DNA from: Vicinamibacteria bacterium
GTDB taxonomy: Bacteria; Acidobacteriota; Vicinamibacteria; Marinacidobacterales; Marinacidobacteraceae
Direction of reading: 5' to 3'
Assembly: GCA_965215615.1 (NCBI GenBank)
Contig: OZ244068.1
Location: 1,159,596-1,223,595 of the forward strand
Length of the DNA stretch: 64,000 nucleotides
Part shown: positions 48,081 to 58,400 of the stretch, piece after piece
How the letters are laid out: every line of letters starts with the position of its first letter
Numbering within the stretch: the first letter of the stretch is position 1
Notes under the pieces: model-generated
Seen by the model: only the letters and a program-made list of their open reading frames with translations
Database searches by the model: none
What the model was told of the DNA's origin: nothing
Program-made: the position numbers and the translations under genes

Positions 48081-48905
48081 TCACTTTTTTCGGCTATCGG
48101 TCTGCGTGGCGTATTCCCTGAGCGGCAAACGCTGCAATTCAGATGGGGCCGATGGGGCGTCTCGCAGCAGGAACAGCTCGTCATCGAGTCCGTGCCGGAG
48201 GAAATCGAGGCGTGCATTCTCGGTGGCTACGGCCTCCGCAGAGGAGAACACCGCGCGAAAGGGGAACATCCGGGGACCCGAGAGCACGTCTTTCGGCGCG
48301 CCGGCGCGGAGTTCTCGGCTTCTGAGGATCGCCTCCGCCATCCAGGCGAGGAGTTTCGGGTTTTCCATGGGGCGCGCCCCGGCTGGCGCATAGATTCCCG
48401 CACGTTTCGTCTCCGTCAGCACCTTCCATTCCACGAAGGAGCGGAGCACATATCGGGTGGCGCGCTCGACCCCCGGGCGGTCCCCGAACTCTTCCCGGAC
48501 CCGCCTTTGGATGACAGCGGCGGCGACCCGATTCTGAAGTCGGAGTTGCCGTCCGGCGTGCGCCGCGACTGCGCCCCAGAACGGGTAGGCGGCGGCCAGC
48601 ATGCACCAGTGAAGCGCGATCCGATGGGATGCGGGCGAATCCCGCAACAGTCGCAATCCGTCGTCACGGAGCGACTCCAGTCCGGTCGGAACGAGTTGCC
48701 AAGTCCTGATGAGCACGCCGATTGTCTTCATCCGGCCATTCCCGTGGGCTTTCCCGCCTGGAGAGATCTGATCCTGGAGAAAACGGTCGAGTGTGTCGCG
48801 GATTGCTTTCGTGTCGTTTCCCGTCAGCACCAGGCTCGCGGTTTCCTCAAGCCATGGGAGTCGGACGAGTCGGCTGATGCCGACCTTGCGCGCCAGATCC
48901 CTCAC
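48081..48905 (-). CDS. BrxA-like accessory protein (assigned by position as the last gene of a BREX type 3-like operon).
   Basis: Alpha-helical 274-aa protein. ATGA overlap with the pglZ stop. The assignment rests on synteny only, with no sequence motif recognised. Confidence 0.4.
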   Translation of the reverse strand: MRDLARKVGISRLVRLPWLEETASLVLTGNDTKAIRDTLDRFLQDQISPGGKAHGNGRMKTIGVLIRTWQLVPTGLESLRDDGLRLLRDSPASHRIALHWCMLAAAYPFWGAVAAHAGRQLRLQNRVAAAVIQRRVREEFGDRPGVERATRYVLRSFVEWKVLTETKRAGIYAPAGARPMENPKLLAWMAEAILRSRELRAGAPKDVLSGPRMFPFRAVFSSAEAVATENARLDFLRHGLDDELFLLRDAPSAPSELQRLPLREYATQTDSRKK

Positions 48906-50881
48906 GAGGCCGTCCTTCGGATACGGACAAGGGGCACGATGAGTTCCTCGATCGCAGCACCTCCGTGGCAGACGACACTCTCTTCCTTCGCCACGAACGC
49001 TTTCCGTTCCGGCGCGAGCAAGGGAATGAAGTCGGAGGGGAGGCCGGGAGGCACCCAGCGCGCGGAGTCCGGAAACCGGGCTTTGACGGCATTTCGGAGC
49101 GTTTCGTCCGCGAAGATGCGGACGCGCTCTCCGCGGACGTTCGCGAAAACACCTTCAGCGGGAGAGCCGATCCCTTCGGCTTCGATGTTGCCGTGGTCGC
49201 TGGTGAGCCAGATTTCGAACCCCGCCCGCAACAGCAGGTCGAGAAGTTTGACGAGGAATCCTTCGGCCGCCCACTGGCGGACCTGGTTTGCCATGCCTCG
49301 CTCGCCGAGCTGCATGCCGTGCATGATGTCGTCCACGGCGTTCACTACCCATGCCAGCGCCTGGATCTCCTCGTTTGCGAGAAGGGTCTCCGCTTCCCCC
49401 AGCGAGGCAGGCTTGAGATTTCGCTGATAACCGATCTGCTGAGGTCGCAGTCCGCGATCCTGCCAAAAACGCCGCCAATGCCTGGGTTCGGCCGAGGTGG
49501 ACTGGATCGTGTCTCCGAAGAAGTATGGGGGCCGCCCCGCAAACAGCGCCTGACGCGAAACCACTGTCAGGGTTGGCAGCCAGGCGAAGATGGCATCCTC
49601 TTCGAGCTGGAGACCCGGGAGCGTCCCGAGTAATTTCTCGCGAAGCAGTCTCCACTGCCAGAGCGAGAGTCCGTCAAGGACGAGGAGCGCCACCCTCGTG
49701 TTCCGGGTAGCCAGTGCGCCGGGGACATGGTGGAGCATGACTGGCGGAACAGGCGGCAGACTCGCGAGGGATCCGTACTGGTTCGGCAGCCAGTCGGCGA
49801 ACGCGGCATCCACTTGGCGCTCCATTTCGCGAAACCCTTGGCGAACTGCATCTTCCCGTTCGTCCTCAGTGAGGAGATTCGCTCGGGTTTCGGCCCAGGC
49901 GCGGGCGAAGTGCCGCCAAGCGTGGTGGTCCGCGTCCTCGGCGGGAAAGAGTTCTTTCGCGAGCTCCAGACGGCGCTCCGTCAGCGGCCTTCCGGCAGGA
50001 GAGGCGATCCCAGCCGCGGCCCATGTTTCTTCTGATGACGGTTGGTAGGGATGCTCGACGGGAGAGAGGGAGCCTTCCAGGAAGAAGGTATCGAGGTAGG
50101 CCCGGACCCGGGAATCGTCGAACGGAATCTCCGTCGGCCCCGCCATGGCGAGTGGGGGGCGGTCGCCTGATATCCGATCGGAATCGCGCTGGTCGAGGAA
50201 GCGGGGCCAGCGCTCCTGGATGAAATGGAGAAACACCTTCCGATCTCCGACCAGATCAGCAAGCGGCCACTCCTGGAACTGCTGCTTTCGACGCAATCGG
50301 CGCGCAAGCCTCGTCTGGAAGCTCGGGGGAATCGGTCGGTTCCGGTAATGGAGAGCAGCGAGGAGAGCCAGCAGGTCCGCATCGTCGTGGGCATCTTCCG
50401 GGTCGGCCTCGAAAATGCGACGCAGGAGAAAGTCCCGGCTCTCGTTGTCGCCGAGAGATTTCCGACCCGCCTCGTCCTGAATTTCGAAGAGCGATTCCCG
50501 GTCGGTGGGAGCGAGCTCGCGGACGACTCCGCCGCTCAGGCGCGGGAAGAATTCCTCGATGCGGAGGGAAACCCACTCGGCATGGTCCGTGAGATCGAAG
50601 GGCGGTGCGGACGCATCATCTTCCACGACCACCACGAGGTCTGGACGATTTTTCGAATCCCCGAGAGCTCGAATCTGTGTTTCGTAGGCGAAGCGAAAGG
50701 CGATGGGGTCGCCGTCGAGAAAGAGAATCCGGAAGCCGCGCCGCTCCAATGCGCCGAGAATCCCCGCATCGCGAAGCAGGCCGTCGGGATCCTCGGCCAC
50801 AGTTGGCCACGCGAGGCCCGGAATGAACCGGCGGAGGATGGCGGCGGCGAGCGGACGGCCGGGTTCCGGGCCGTTCGTCAC
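48902..50881 (-). CDS. pglZ: BREX PglZ (alkaline-phosphatase superfamily).
   Basis: ...ALLVLDGLSLWQW... and ...WLTSDHGNIEA... are hallmark PglZ motifs. GTG start overlaps the methyltransferase stop (GTGA). The upstream part of ORF ..51007 is rejected. Confidence 0.8.
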   Translation of the reverse strand: MTNGPEPGRPLAAAILRRFIPGLAWPTVAEDPDGLLRDAGILGALERRGFRILFLDGDPIAFRFAYETQIRALGDSKNRPDLVVVVEDDASAPPFDLTDHAEWVSLRIEEFFPRLSGGVVRELAPTDRESLFEIQDEAGRKSLGDNESRDFLLRRIFEADPEDAHDDADLLALLAALHYRNRPIPPSFQTRLARRLRRKQQFQEWPLADLVGDRKVFLHFIQERWPRFLDQRDSDRISGDRPPLAMAGPTEIPFDDSRVRAYLDTFFLEGSLSPVEHPYQPSSEETWAAAGIASPAGRPLTERRLELAKELFPAEDADHHAWRHFARAWAETRANLLTEDEREDAVRQGFREMERQVDAAFADWLPNQYGSLASLPPVPPVMLHHVPGALATRNTRVALLVLDGLSLWQWRLLREKLLGTLPGLQLEEDAIFAWLPTLTVVSRQALFAGRPPYFFGDTIQSTSAEPRHWRRFWQDRGLRPQQIGYQRNLKPASLGEAETLLANEEIQALAWVVNAVDDIMHGMQLGERGMANQVRQWAAEGFLVKLLDLLLRAGFEIWLTSDHGNIEAEGIGSPAEGVFANVRGERVRIFADETLRNAVKARFPDSARWVPPGLPSDFIPLLAPERKAFVAKEESVVCHGGAAIEELIVPLVRIRRTAS

Positions 50882-53649
50882 TGCAGGTTTCTGCGGGTGA
50901 GCGCCTGGTCGTACCACATGAGGAGCTTCGGATCCTCGTGGAGGGCGTTCCGCGGAATCTTGTCTCCTACGGCGAGGATGGTCGCGTCGTCCTTTTTCTG
51001 CCAGCACTCCCGGAAACCGGCGCGGACCGCTTCGAGACGGACCGTGCGGAGATGCCGGGTCTCATCCGATGCGTACCGTCGGAATTCGCGGAGGAGTGCC
51101 CGCTGGCGAAGCATTTCCAATTCCGGCGCTTTCGTTGCGTCCGGGGGATACCAGCGGTGATTCGCCTTGTGCCGTAGCTCGCTGGCTTCCTTGGGCAGTT
51201 TCCTGAGATTCTTGAAGGTCGTGGAGAGCCAGGAGTGGATTAGGCCGGGCACCGGGCCATCGCCTTCGTAGCAGAGGAAGTTCTCTTCGAGCAGGCGCGA
51301 GAGTTCGAGCTGGGTCTCGTGCTTGGCCCAACCACCGATCTCGCGGATGAAGTTCGGGTGAAGCTCCTGGAAGGTCTGCGGTTTCCGCTTGAGTTCGGAA
51401 CGCAGCCAGCGGATCGCGGTTTCCTCGTCTCGCACGACGACGTTCGGCTCGAAAATTCCTTGTGCCCGGAAACGGCGCGTGTCGTAGCGGGGAACCTGCT
51501 CGGGCAGGAAGAACATCCCGTCACGCTCGGGGTAACGCTTGCGGAGCCCGGCGTAGAAATCCGTGGCCGAAAGCGGAACGCTGACTCCGCGCTGGACGTG
51601 GAACGCCACCATGCGGTCGAAGAGCAGAAAGTCCTGCCGCTCCTGCATGACTTCGCTGCGGCCTTCCCGGTCGGCGAAGACAGGCAGGCGAGCGAGGTGG
51701 GCTTCGACGAACTCCCAGGCCCCGCCTTCGGTTCCCCCGACGACGCGGAAGCGCTCTTCCAGTCCACCGTTCGGTTTGTAGGCAGAGATGACGAGATCCT
51801 GCTTGGCAGCGGTGTTGACCGCTTGCTGAAAGGATTTTTGTTTTTTATCCAGTGTGCGGACATCGGCAACGATGAAGCCGGCTGCGCGCATGGCATCCTG
51901 GATGGAATTCCAGACGGCGTTTCTGGAGTTGTGAAAGACAACGGTGATCCAGCGACCCGGCTTGAGAACTCTTCGATATTCCTCGAAACACTGCTCCATC
52001 AGGTGTTTGTAGTCGAGGATTTCCTTGTTTCGAACTCGATCCACGATGGCCTCGGGTGCAGCCTGCGTAAGGACACCGTGCCACGACTCGACGAGGAAAT
52101 TCAGGTCCGCGTAGTAGATATTTTCTCCGAAAGGGGGATCCGTGAATATGTAGTCCACGGAGTTTTTGGGCAGATTCAAAGAGGCGCAGTCTCCGGTAGA
52201 CGCGACGACGGGAGATTTCGCTGGTCCCACCGCCAAGGCTTTGGCCATTCGATGTAGCTTGCCACGGAGGATGTACCACGGATTTACTTCGGCGACTTGA
52301 GAAGAGATATATAAGACTCCAGATAAATATTGGTTAACGTGTGAGTAATGTGTGGGACTGTAACGATTGAGTGTCGACATTCCCCACACTGCCTGTTCGA
52401 TGAGAAACAGCAAGGCGTGTCGAAGTCGAGGATTTTCTTCGGATGTCACTCGATGCCACACAGAGGCGAGAGCGTGTGCTGCCCGTGGCAGGAACATATG
52501 GCGTACAGCGCGGGTGTTCGTGGTTCGCATGCGGCCCACGCGCGTCATCTGGCAGTCGGGCAGTTCTGCTTCCGGAATCTCGGCAGGGAGGGGAAGCGCG
52601 TTGATGCGTTGAAGCAGCTCCAGGTCTTCGGGGTTGGGCTTCTTCTCGAATTTGTCCACGCCATAGTTGATCAGGGCGGGTTTGCGCAGTGGCCTGCGTC
52701 CGGTTTGGCCGGTTGCCGAATCCAGGAAAGTCTCGAACCGAAGATCCATTTTTTCTTTCGTGTTCCTGACTTCGCACTTAGGACATGGGATCGTCTTTCG
52801 AATGGCTTTCGTTTCCGCATCCATGGCCTCCTCGAGGAAAACAATCTCGGCACCGCAATCCGGACACGCGAACACCTCGCTCCACACCGTGTAGTTGATG
52901 CGCGCTTTCGTCCCGTCGGTGTGGCGGGTTTCGTACATCCACCCGACTTCTTCTTCCACTTCGTCCAGCAGCTTCTGCGCGGCATCGGCAAACTCCTTGA
53001 CATCGAACGGGATGTTGTAGTTGGCCGCGATGAAGGTGGCCGCGGGGGAGAGGTCGCCGAGGATGGCCCGGCGCGCTCCCCATTCGGGAAGCTCGCGCCC
53101 GGCGGCGGCCCATTCGGCTTCCAGTTTCTTCCGATACTCCGGAGGCGCGCTGCCGCACCACTGCGCCGCAACGCCGGTCATTCCGGAACCGCAGAAGCCA
53201 TCGAGCACCAGATCGCCCGGCTTCGTGTAGTGGAGGATGGAGGGGACGATGGCGAGGTGCGGCACCTTGGTGTGGTACCCGTGTGCCCGGTAGAGGGCAT
53301 CCGTCTTGCCGACGCTCACGTCCACCGCGAAGGGCTCGCGGTGGTACGGCTCCTCGGGATCGTAAGGATGCCCGTGGAACCGCACGAACTCTTCGAGGAA
53401 CGGGTTTGGACACGCGGTATACCACGGCGGATCGGAAAGCCGCAGGATGTCTTCGTCGCTGCCCTTCGGAAAGTCGGGGCGCGTCCGCAGTTCGGGGAGC
53501 AACTCCCGCAGGCGCTGGAGGTAGTGCTCCCGCCGCTCGTCCTCGGAAGCGAAAGTCCGCCCCAGGCACTTCACCGGGCCGCTCTCCGGTTTCGGTTTCG
53601 TGGATTGGTCAGTCGCGAGGAGCTTCCCCGACTCCGGGCTTCGTGTCAC
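50878..53649 (-). CDS. BREX-associated DNA methyltransferase, alpha-class N6A/N4C (PglXI-like position), with a Zn-ribbon insertion.
   Basis: Motif I ...LVLDGFCGSGMTGVAA... about 340 aa before motif IV ...IFTDPPFGENIYYADL.... The intervening region carries CPDCG...CPKC. About 430-aa C-terminal extension. Confidence 0.7.
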   Translation of the reverse strand: MTRSPESGKLLATDQSTKPKPESGPVKCLGRTFASEDERREHYLQRLRELLPELRTRPDFPKGSDEDILRLSDPPWYTACPNPFLEEFVRFHGHPYDPEEPYHREPFAVDVSVGKTDALYRAHGYHTKVPHLAIVPSILHYTKPGDLVLDGFCGSGMTGVAAQWCGSAPPEYRKKLEAEWAAAGRELPEWGARRAILGDLSPAATFIAANYNIPFDVKEFADAAQKLLDEVEEEVGWMYETRHTDGTKARINYTVWSEVFACPDCGAEIVFLEEAMDAETKAIRKTIPCPKCEVRNTKEKMDLRFETFLDSATGQTGRRPLRKPALINYGVDKFEKKPNPEDLELLQRINALPLPAEIPEAELPDCQMTRVGRMRTTNTRAVRHMFLPRAAHALASVWHRVTSEENPRLRHALLFLIEQAVWGMSTLNRYSPTHYSHVNQYLSGVLYISSQVAEVNPWYILRGKLHRMAKALAVGPAKSPVVASTGDCASLNLPKNSVDYIFTDPPFGENIYYADLNFLVESWHGVLTQAAPEAIVDRVRNKEILDYKHLMEQCFEEYRRVLKPGRWITVVFHNSRNAVWNSIQDAMRAAGFIVADVRTLDKKQKSFQQAVNTAAKQDLVISAYKPNGGLEERFRVVGGTEGGAWEFVEAHLARLPVFADREGRSEVMQERQDFLLFDRMVAFHVQRGVSVPLSATDFYAGLRKRYPERDGMFFLPEQVPRYDTRRFRAQGIFEPNVVVRDEETAIRWLRSELKRKPQTFQELHPNFIREIGGWAKHETQLELSRLLEENFLCYEGDGPVPGLIHSWLSTTFKNLRKLPKEASELRHKANHRWYPPDATKAPELEMLRQRALLREFRRYASDETRHLRTVRLEAVRAGFRECWQKKDDATILAVGDKIPRNALHEDPKLLMWYDQALTRRNLQ

Positions 53650-55481
53650 GGAGCGTCTGATCCTTTCCGCTGGAGCCGTTCCGCCCGGATCGCTGCGCCG
53701 GCCTCGGTGAGCACATATCGCTGGTCGGGCGCACGAGGGCGACCCGGATTCGTCATCCGCACGATTCCGGCATCGAGCAGCGGTTGCAGGTGGGTGCGCT
53801 TGAAGTAGGAGCGGTGTGACGCGCCCAGCCGCTCCATGAGCTCGGCCATGCTCTGCGGGGTCTCGCAGGCACCCACGATCTGAAGTTGTGGGTTCGTCAG
53901 CGCCGACCCGGTCCCTGCCCGAGTGGCCCAGGTAGCCTGATTTTCGCTTACTTGGTCACTCCCCGAGTGACCAAGTAGCTCCTGCCCACAGCTTGCTTGG
54001 TCACTCCTGGAGTGACCAAGTAGTTCCCGCAGATGTCTGGCGGGCCGGTAGTGACCCTCGGCGATCTCCTCAAAGAGCTGCTGGTTCACGAGGCGAGCCG
54101 CCGCCACGCTCGCCTCTTTACGGGTTACGCCGGCGATGACCTGTAGATCCGACAGCGGAAGAGAGGTCCTTCCAACTGCGTAATCCACCATCCGGGCTTC
54201 GGTGTCGTCAAGGTCCACTCCCAGCCGCTGCTCGAACGCCTGCCGTCGTTCTGCGAGCGATACCTGCTCCAGGACCAGCTCGAATCGCTTCCTTCGTCTG
54301 TTGTTCACGATCCGGGGTGGCGGACGGTCCAGTTTCCGCCAGTTGCCGAACATGTCGCGCAACCCCCAGCCGGCGTTTTCGGACATTCCGATCCGGCGGA
54401 AAGCCAGCACGACCCGCGGGTTTCGCTGCTCCTTCTCCCCCGGCTCCAGCAGGTGGGAAGGAGCAACGAAGGCATCTCCCGGATTTCGGAAGATGATCTG
54501 ATTCGGGAAATGGAGGATCTCCGGGTTCCGGCCATGGTCCGAATAGTCCTGGTGCATGATGAGGTTGATCATGGCTTCACGGATCGCGACGAAGTCGGGT
54601 GGCGTGTCGTCCCGGCGAAGCGTGTACGGATCCACCCGGAAGGGGTATTCGGCGATTCGCGGATACCAGGTTTCGACAAGAGAACGCCAGGTGAGGATCA
54701 GGTTGTCATCCATGACCAGGCGATCGAACCAGCGGTCTCCAGTGGCGATTTCATCCCGCGGCATTCCGAAACGCTGGCAGTCCACGACGGGCCGGGGAAG
54801 CAACGAGCGAAACGCTCCGGCAGTTCCGAACAGCAGGACCGCCGCCCGCGTCGAGACGAGTCGCCCCTGGTCGTCGTCCAACAGGCCCAGTTCCCGCAGG
54901 AATTCCAGGTCGTTAAGCCGTTTGAGCGGACGGTTGTCGGTACGTGCCTCGTACACAGCGCGGTACCACCGCAGGCTGTCCTCGTCGAACGCCCGGTCCG
55001 GATCGAGAGGCACCGGCTGGCTTTCCCACCGCTCGGCGGCCGCGTCCACGAGGAAGCGGTCGCGCTCGGCATCAGTGAGCCGGACATCGCTTCCTCCGCT
55101 GCGGACGAAGGCGCGCCGGATGTCGCCGTCGAGGAATACCGGCTTTTCGGACCGGTGGGCTTCGGGGACGTGGAAGATGAGCAGATCCTTGCCCCCGTGG
55201 CGCGCGAGTTGTTCCCGGACGGGGAGTAGCACGCTGATCTTGTTTCGTTGGCGAAGGGTGCTCAGGAAATCGCCCTGCACCTTGTCCACATCGAGCACGC
55301 CGACGACTTCGAGCCCCCCATCGGCCTCGCGAACCCCGAAGACGAGCCGTCCGCCTTCGGTGTTCGCGAAAGCGGAGACCGTTTCGTATGCGTTCCCTGG
55401 AACCTCGCGGCGAGCCTCTTTGAACTCGATGTCGCGCCACTCGTAGGAACCGAGCAGTTTCGCGAGTTCCTGCTGCGTCAC
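53646..55481 (-). CDS. AlbA_2 (Schlafen-like putative DNA-binding) plus HATPase_c_4-like protein inserted in the BREX operon.
   Basis: N-terminus ...YEWRDIEFKEARREVPGNAYETVSAFANTEGGRLVFGVRE... is typical of AlbA_2/'divergent AAA' family proteins. No Walker A. The C-terminus contains a duplicated ELLGHS(R/G)SDQ segment encoded by a palindromic DNA repeat. Confidence 0.55.
   Translation of the reverse strand: MTQQELAKLLGSYEWRDIEFKEARREVPGNAYETVSAFANTEGGRLVFGVREADGGLEVVGVLDVDKVQGDFLSTLRQRNKISVLLPVREQLARHGGKDLLIFHVPEAHRSEKPVFLDGDIRRAFVRSGGSDVRLTDAERDRFLVDAAAERWESQPVPLDPDRAFDEDSLRWYRAVYEARTDNRPLKRLNDLEFLRELGLLDDDQGRLVSTRAAVLLFGTAGAFRSLLPRPVVDCQRFGMPRDEIATGDRWFDRLVMDDNLILTWRSLVETWYPRIAEYPFRVDPYTLRRDDTPPDFVAIREAMINLIMHQDYSDHGRNPEILHFPNQIIFRNPGDAFVAPSHLLEPGEKEQRNPRVVLAFRRIGMSENAGWGLRDMFGNWRKLDRPPPRIVNNRRRKRFELVLEQVSLAERRQAFEQRLGVDLDDTEARMVDYAVGRTSLPLSDLQVIAGVTRKEASVAAARLVNQQLFEEIAEGHYRPARHLRELLGHSRSDQASCGQELLGHSGSDQVSENQATWATRAGTGSALTNPQLQIVGACETPQSMAELMERLGASHRSYFKRTHLQPLLDAGIVRMTNPGRPRAPDQRYVLTEAGAAIRAERLQRKGSDAP
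53950..54023. repeat. Two tandem copies (46-bp period) of a 28-bp palindromic element CTTGGTCACTCC(CC/TG)GAGTGACCAAGTAG inside the AlbA_2/HATPase gene.
   Basis: Seen directly: copies at 53950..53977 and 53996..54023. Each copy is a perfect 11-bp-arm inverted repeat. In frame, it encodes ELLGHSRSDQ...ELLGHSGSDQ. Confidence 0.8.
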
Positions 55482-55485
55482 CGTT

Positions 55486-58400
55486 TCACTCCAGGACGAT
55501 GCGGACTTTCCCGGGAGATCGCCCTTGGGTCAGATCCCGAACGTACCCGTCCATCCGCTCTCGTAGTTGATCGGGGGTCGCCGGGACTCCTCCGGGGAAC
55601 AGGGCCTTTGCCATCAATTCCCGGGTGGTCGTGACTTTTTCGAGACCCCGCAGGGCGGACCGGATCGCTTCGATCAGCGAGTCTTGGGATCTCCGGGGAA
55701 GTTGCCGGGATTCGAGCGTTTTGATGAATGCGTCGATCGCGGCCTGCTGTTCGGTGGAGAGCAGCGTCCGACTCTTCTGGACGATGGGATCTCCAAGACT
55801 TGTCAACAGGGTTTCGATCCAGCGAGTAACGAGCTGATCGAGATCCCGTTCGAGATTGTCGAGGCTCGACTCCACCGCAACCGTAACCGTGGATTCTGCC
55901 CCGATGCGGAAGGAGCAGTGAGGACAGATCGGGTTCTTCTCGAAGTCCTGGGAAGTTGGCCCCGCGCACTCCCGCAGGCCCCTCAGGCCCGACTCGATGT
56001 CCACGAGATCCTGCCGCCGCAGCAGTTCGATTTCGGCAAGCCGCGAGAGCGTCCGCAGTCGTTCGTGCCGGAGGAGTTCGTCCCGTCGCGCCGCTTCCTT
56101 GGATCCCAGCCGCGCCTGACGATGGGCGGTCAGATACAGAGCCTCGTAGTCCTTCCGGAGTGCTCCGAGTCGGGTCTGGAAATCCCGGTGGAATGTCGGG
56201 TCGGTCCGATTCGCCGGCTGGCGGGCCGCAGTCAGGAATTCCTGCTGGGCCTTGCGGGCGGGAGCGATCCAGGAATGGTCCGCTGGCAGCGCGAAGAGTG
56301 CCTCGGAAAGCCAGGCGGCCGTTCGCTGAAACAGCATGGCGAGGCGGGAGATTGCATCCACTTCGGTTCGCGCGGCGAGTCCGGATTCGTGAGCCTTCAC
56401 CGCATCCGCTTCGTGGCGAAAGTTCTTGAACTTCGCCGGTGTGTTGAAGACCTGGAGGGATTCGAGAAATGCCCTGGTTTTCCCCACCGCCTCGTCGAGG
56501 CTCTCTGCTTCTCCTGCCTCAAAGAGGCTTTCGCCCCAAAGCAGGACTCGCCGGTGGATCGCTTCTCCGGCTCGGGCCAGAGCCTCGACCTGCTCCGCGA
56601 TGGCTTTCTGGATTTGCTGGACGGCTTCGTTTCTGGCCTTCGTTACCTGAAGTGCCACCCCGGCGGGCAGGCCCAGCATCTCCACGAGCGCCGTGATGCC
56701 GGGGAGGTTCCAGTCCTTGGGGCGGGCGAAGTGCTGGAAGGCCCGTAACTCGGACAAAGGAGTGACCGCAAGGTCGGAGAGGTTCAGCGCGTCACATTTG
56801 CGGCCGCCCGGCAGCGTCAGAACCACGTGTCCGGAGTGGACGAGGGCGGCCAGCAGCACGACGACCCAATCCGGCTCGAGCCGCATGCCGCCGTGATCGA
56901 AATACTCGACATCCCGCACTTTCTCGACCAGTACTTCATCCCTGCCCACGACTTGTGCCGCGGGTTTGGCGTGCAGGATTTCCAGCACGGCTTTCGCGTA
57001 GCGAGACGAATCCGGCCGAATGTCTCCTCCCACCAGGAGTTCAAGCCCGGCGAGGATCGCCCGGGCCTGACGGGTCGGCTGCCGCCCGGCGATCATTCCC
57101 AGAGCGTCCCGGGCCGCTTGTTCGCGACTGTCCTTCGTGATGAGAACACCGAAGGTCGGGTAATCCGGAGCGGTGTCGCGAAAATGTGCTTCGAGGCAGA
57201 TCGGAGCAACGGCATGCACCACGTCGGAGAAGGGGATGCGCTCCTCGGGATTGGTACCCGAGAGGTTTCGGATGGAACGTCCTCTCGCCCATGCGCCCAT
57301 CTTCGCATTCCGCCCCGCGCAGGTCACGTGGTAGCAGTCGAGCATGTTTTTTCGCAGGAGTACCCCAAGCTCCCGGAGGGACTCCTCGGCCTTGTCCTGG
57401 TAGATCCGCTTGTGAGCACCGGACGACTGCGCCGCGAGGGCCTCCGCTCCGGCGAAGCGGGCGATCGCCTCCCGAAGCCCTTCGGCCGTGAGGTCGAGGC
57501 GGAAAAACACCTCGTCAGCCTTCTTCTCGTCGGTGAAGCGGGGAGGTTCGAACGGTTGCAGGAAGTAGAGGTAGAAGTCGCGGGGAGGGGCTGCGGTCGA
57601 ACGTTCGTTGGGAGCTCCGAAGAAGAGATAGCCGGGGCGCTCCGTGTTCCGCTCGGCCCAGGTCAACTGGTGCTCCCATATCCGGAACCCGGGCACATGG
57701 GCTTCATCCTCCCGGACGTCCATGAGCCGGATCAGCGCCCGGTAGTAGTAGCGGTCGAGCTGGGAATGGTCGAGACTTTCGGCGCGCGCTTTGATCAGGG
57801 CATCGAAGTCGTCCGTCTTGCGGAGATCCAGGTAGTACTGGCCGTTCCGGGGATTTTCGGTGATGAACTGGCCGCTGACCGTGCGGTGGATTTCGCGCAC
57901 TGCCGTCGCGACCATGGTCTCGAGGTCCAGCGCCGGATCCCCCCCGAGTTCTTCGACACCGGGCTGGTAGAGGCAAAGCGCGTCCCGAAGTTCGGCGGGG
58001 GCGGCTCCGATGCTCGCGTGGATGTCTCCGGTTGTCAGCCGATGGACCGAGAGGGCGTGGATGATCCGGATCGCGAGAGGCTCGTATTGCCGACGGGAGT
58101 AGGCATTCCGGACCCGGGATTCGAGGACTTCACTACAGCGGATGACCTCCCGAATGTCGGGAATGGCTCGAAACGAAGCGTTTGCGGTCAAGGTCTCCCA
58201 ATAGCTGTCGTAGGCCACGAGGCCAGGCTCGGATTCGGGAACTTCGACATCGAGCATCGCCGCCATCGCCAGCGAGAACGTCTTCAGGACTTCCCGCTTC
58301 TCCACGACGGCAAGCCGCTCGAAGGTCCTGATGAAGTCCGGGTGGATGGGAAAGAGGGCGACGTACTCGTCAAGCGATTCGTTGAGGCGGCCGTAGAACT

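Noticed and set aside
48063-49427. 454-aa plus-strand ORF, plus the plus-strand ORFs 50225..51160 and 52348..53808, opposite the BREX genes.
   Set aside because: Antisense to PglZ, the BrxA-like gene and the methyltransferase, which carry hallmark motifs. No motifs of their own.
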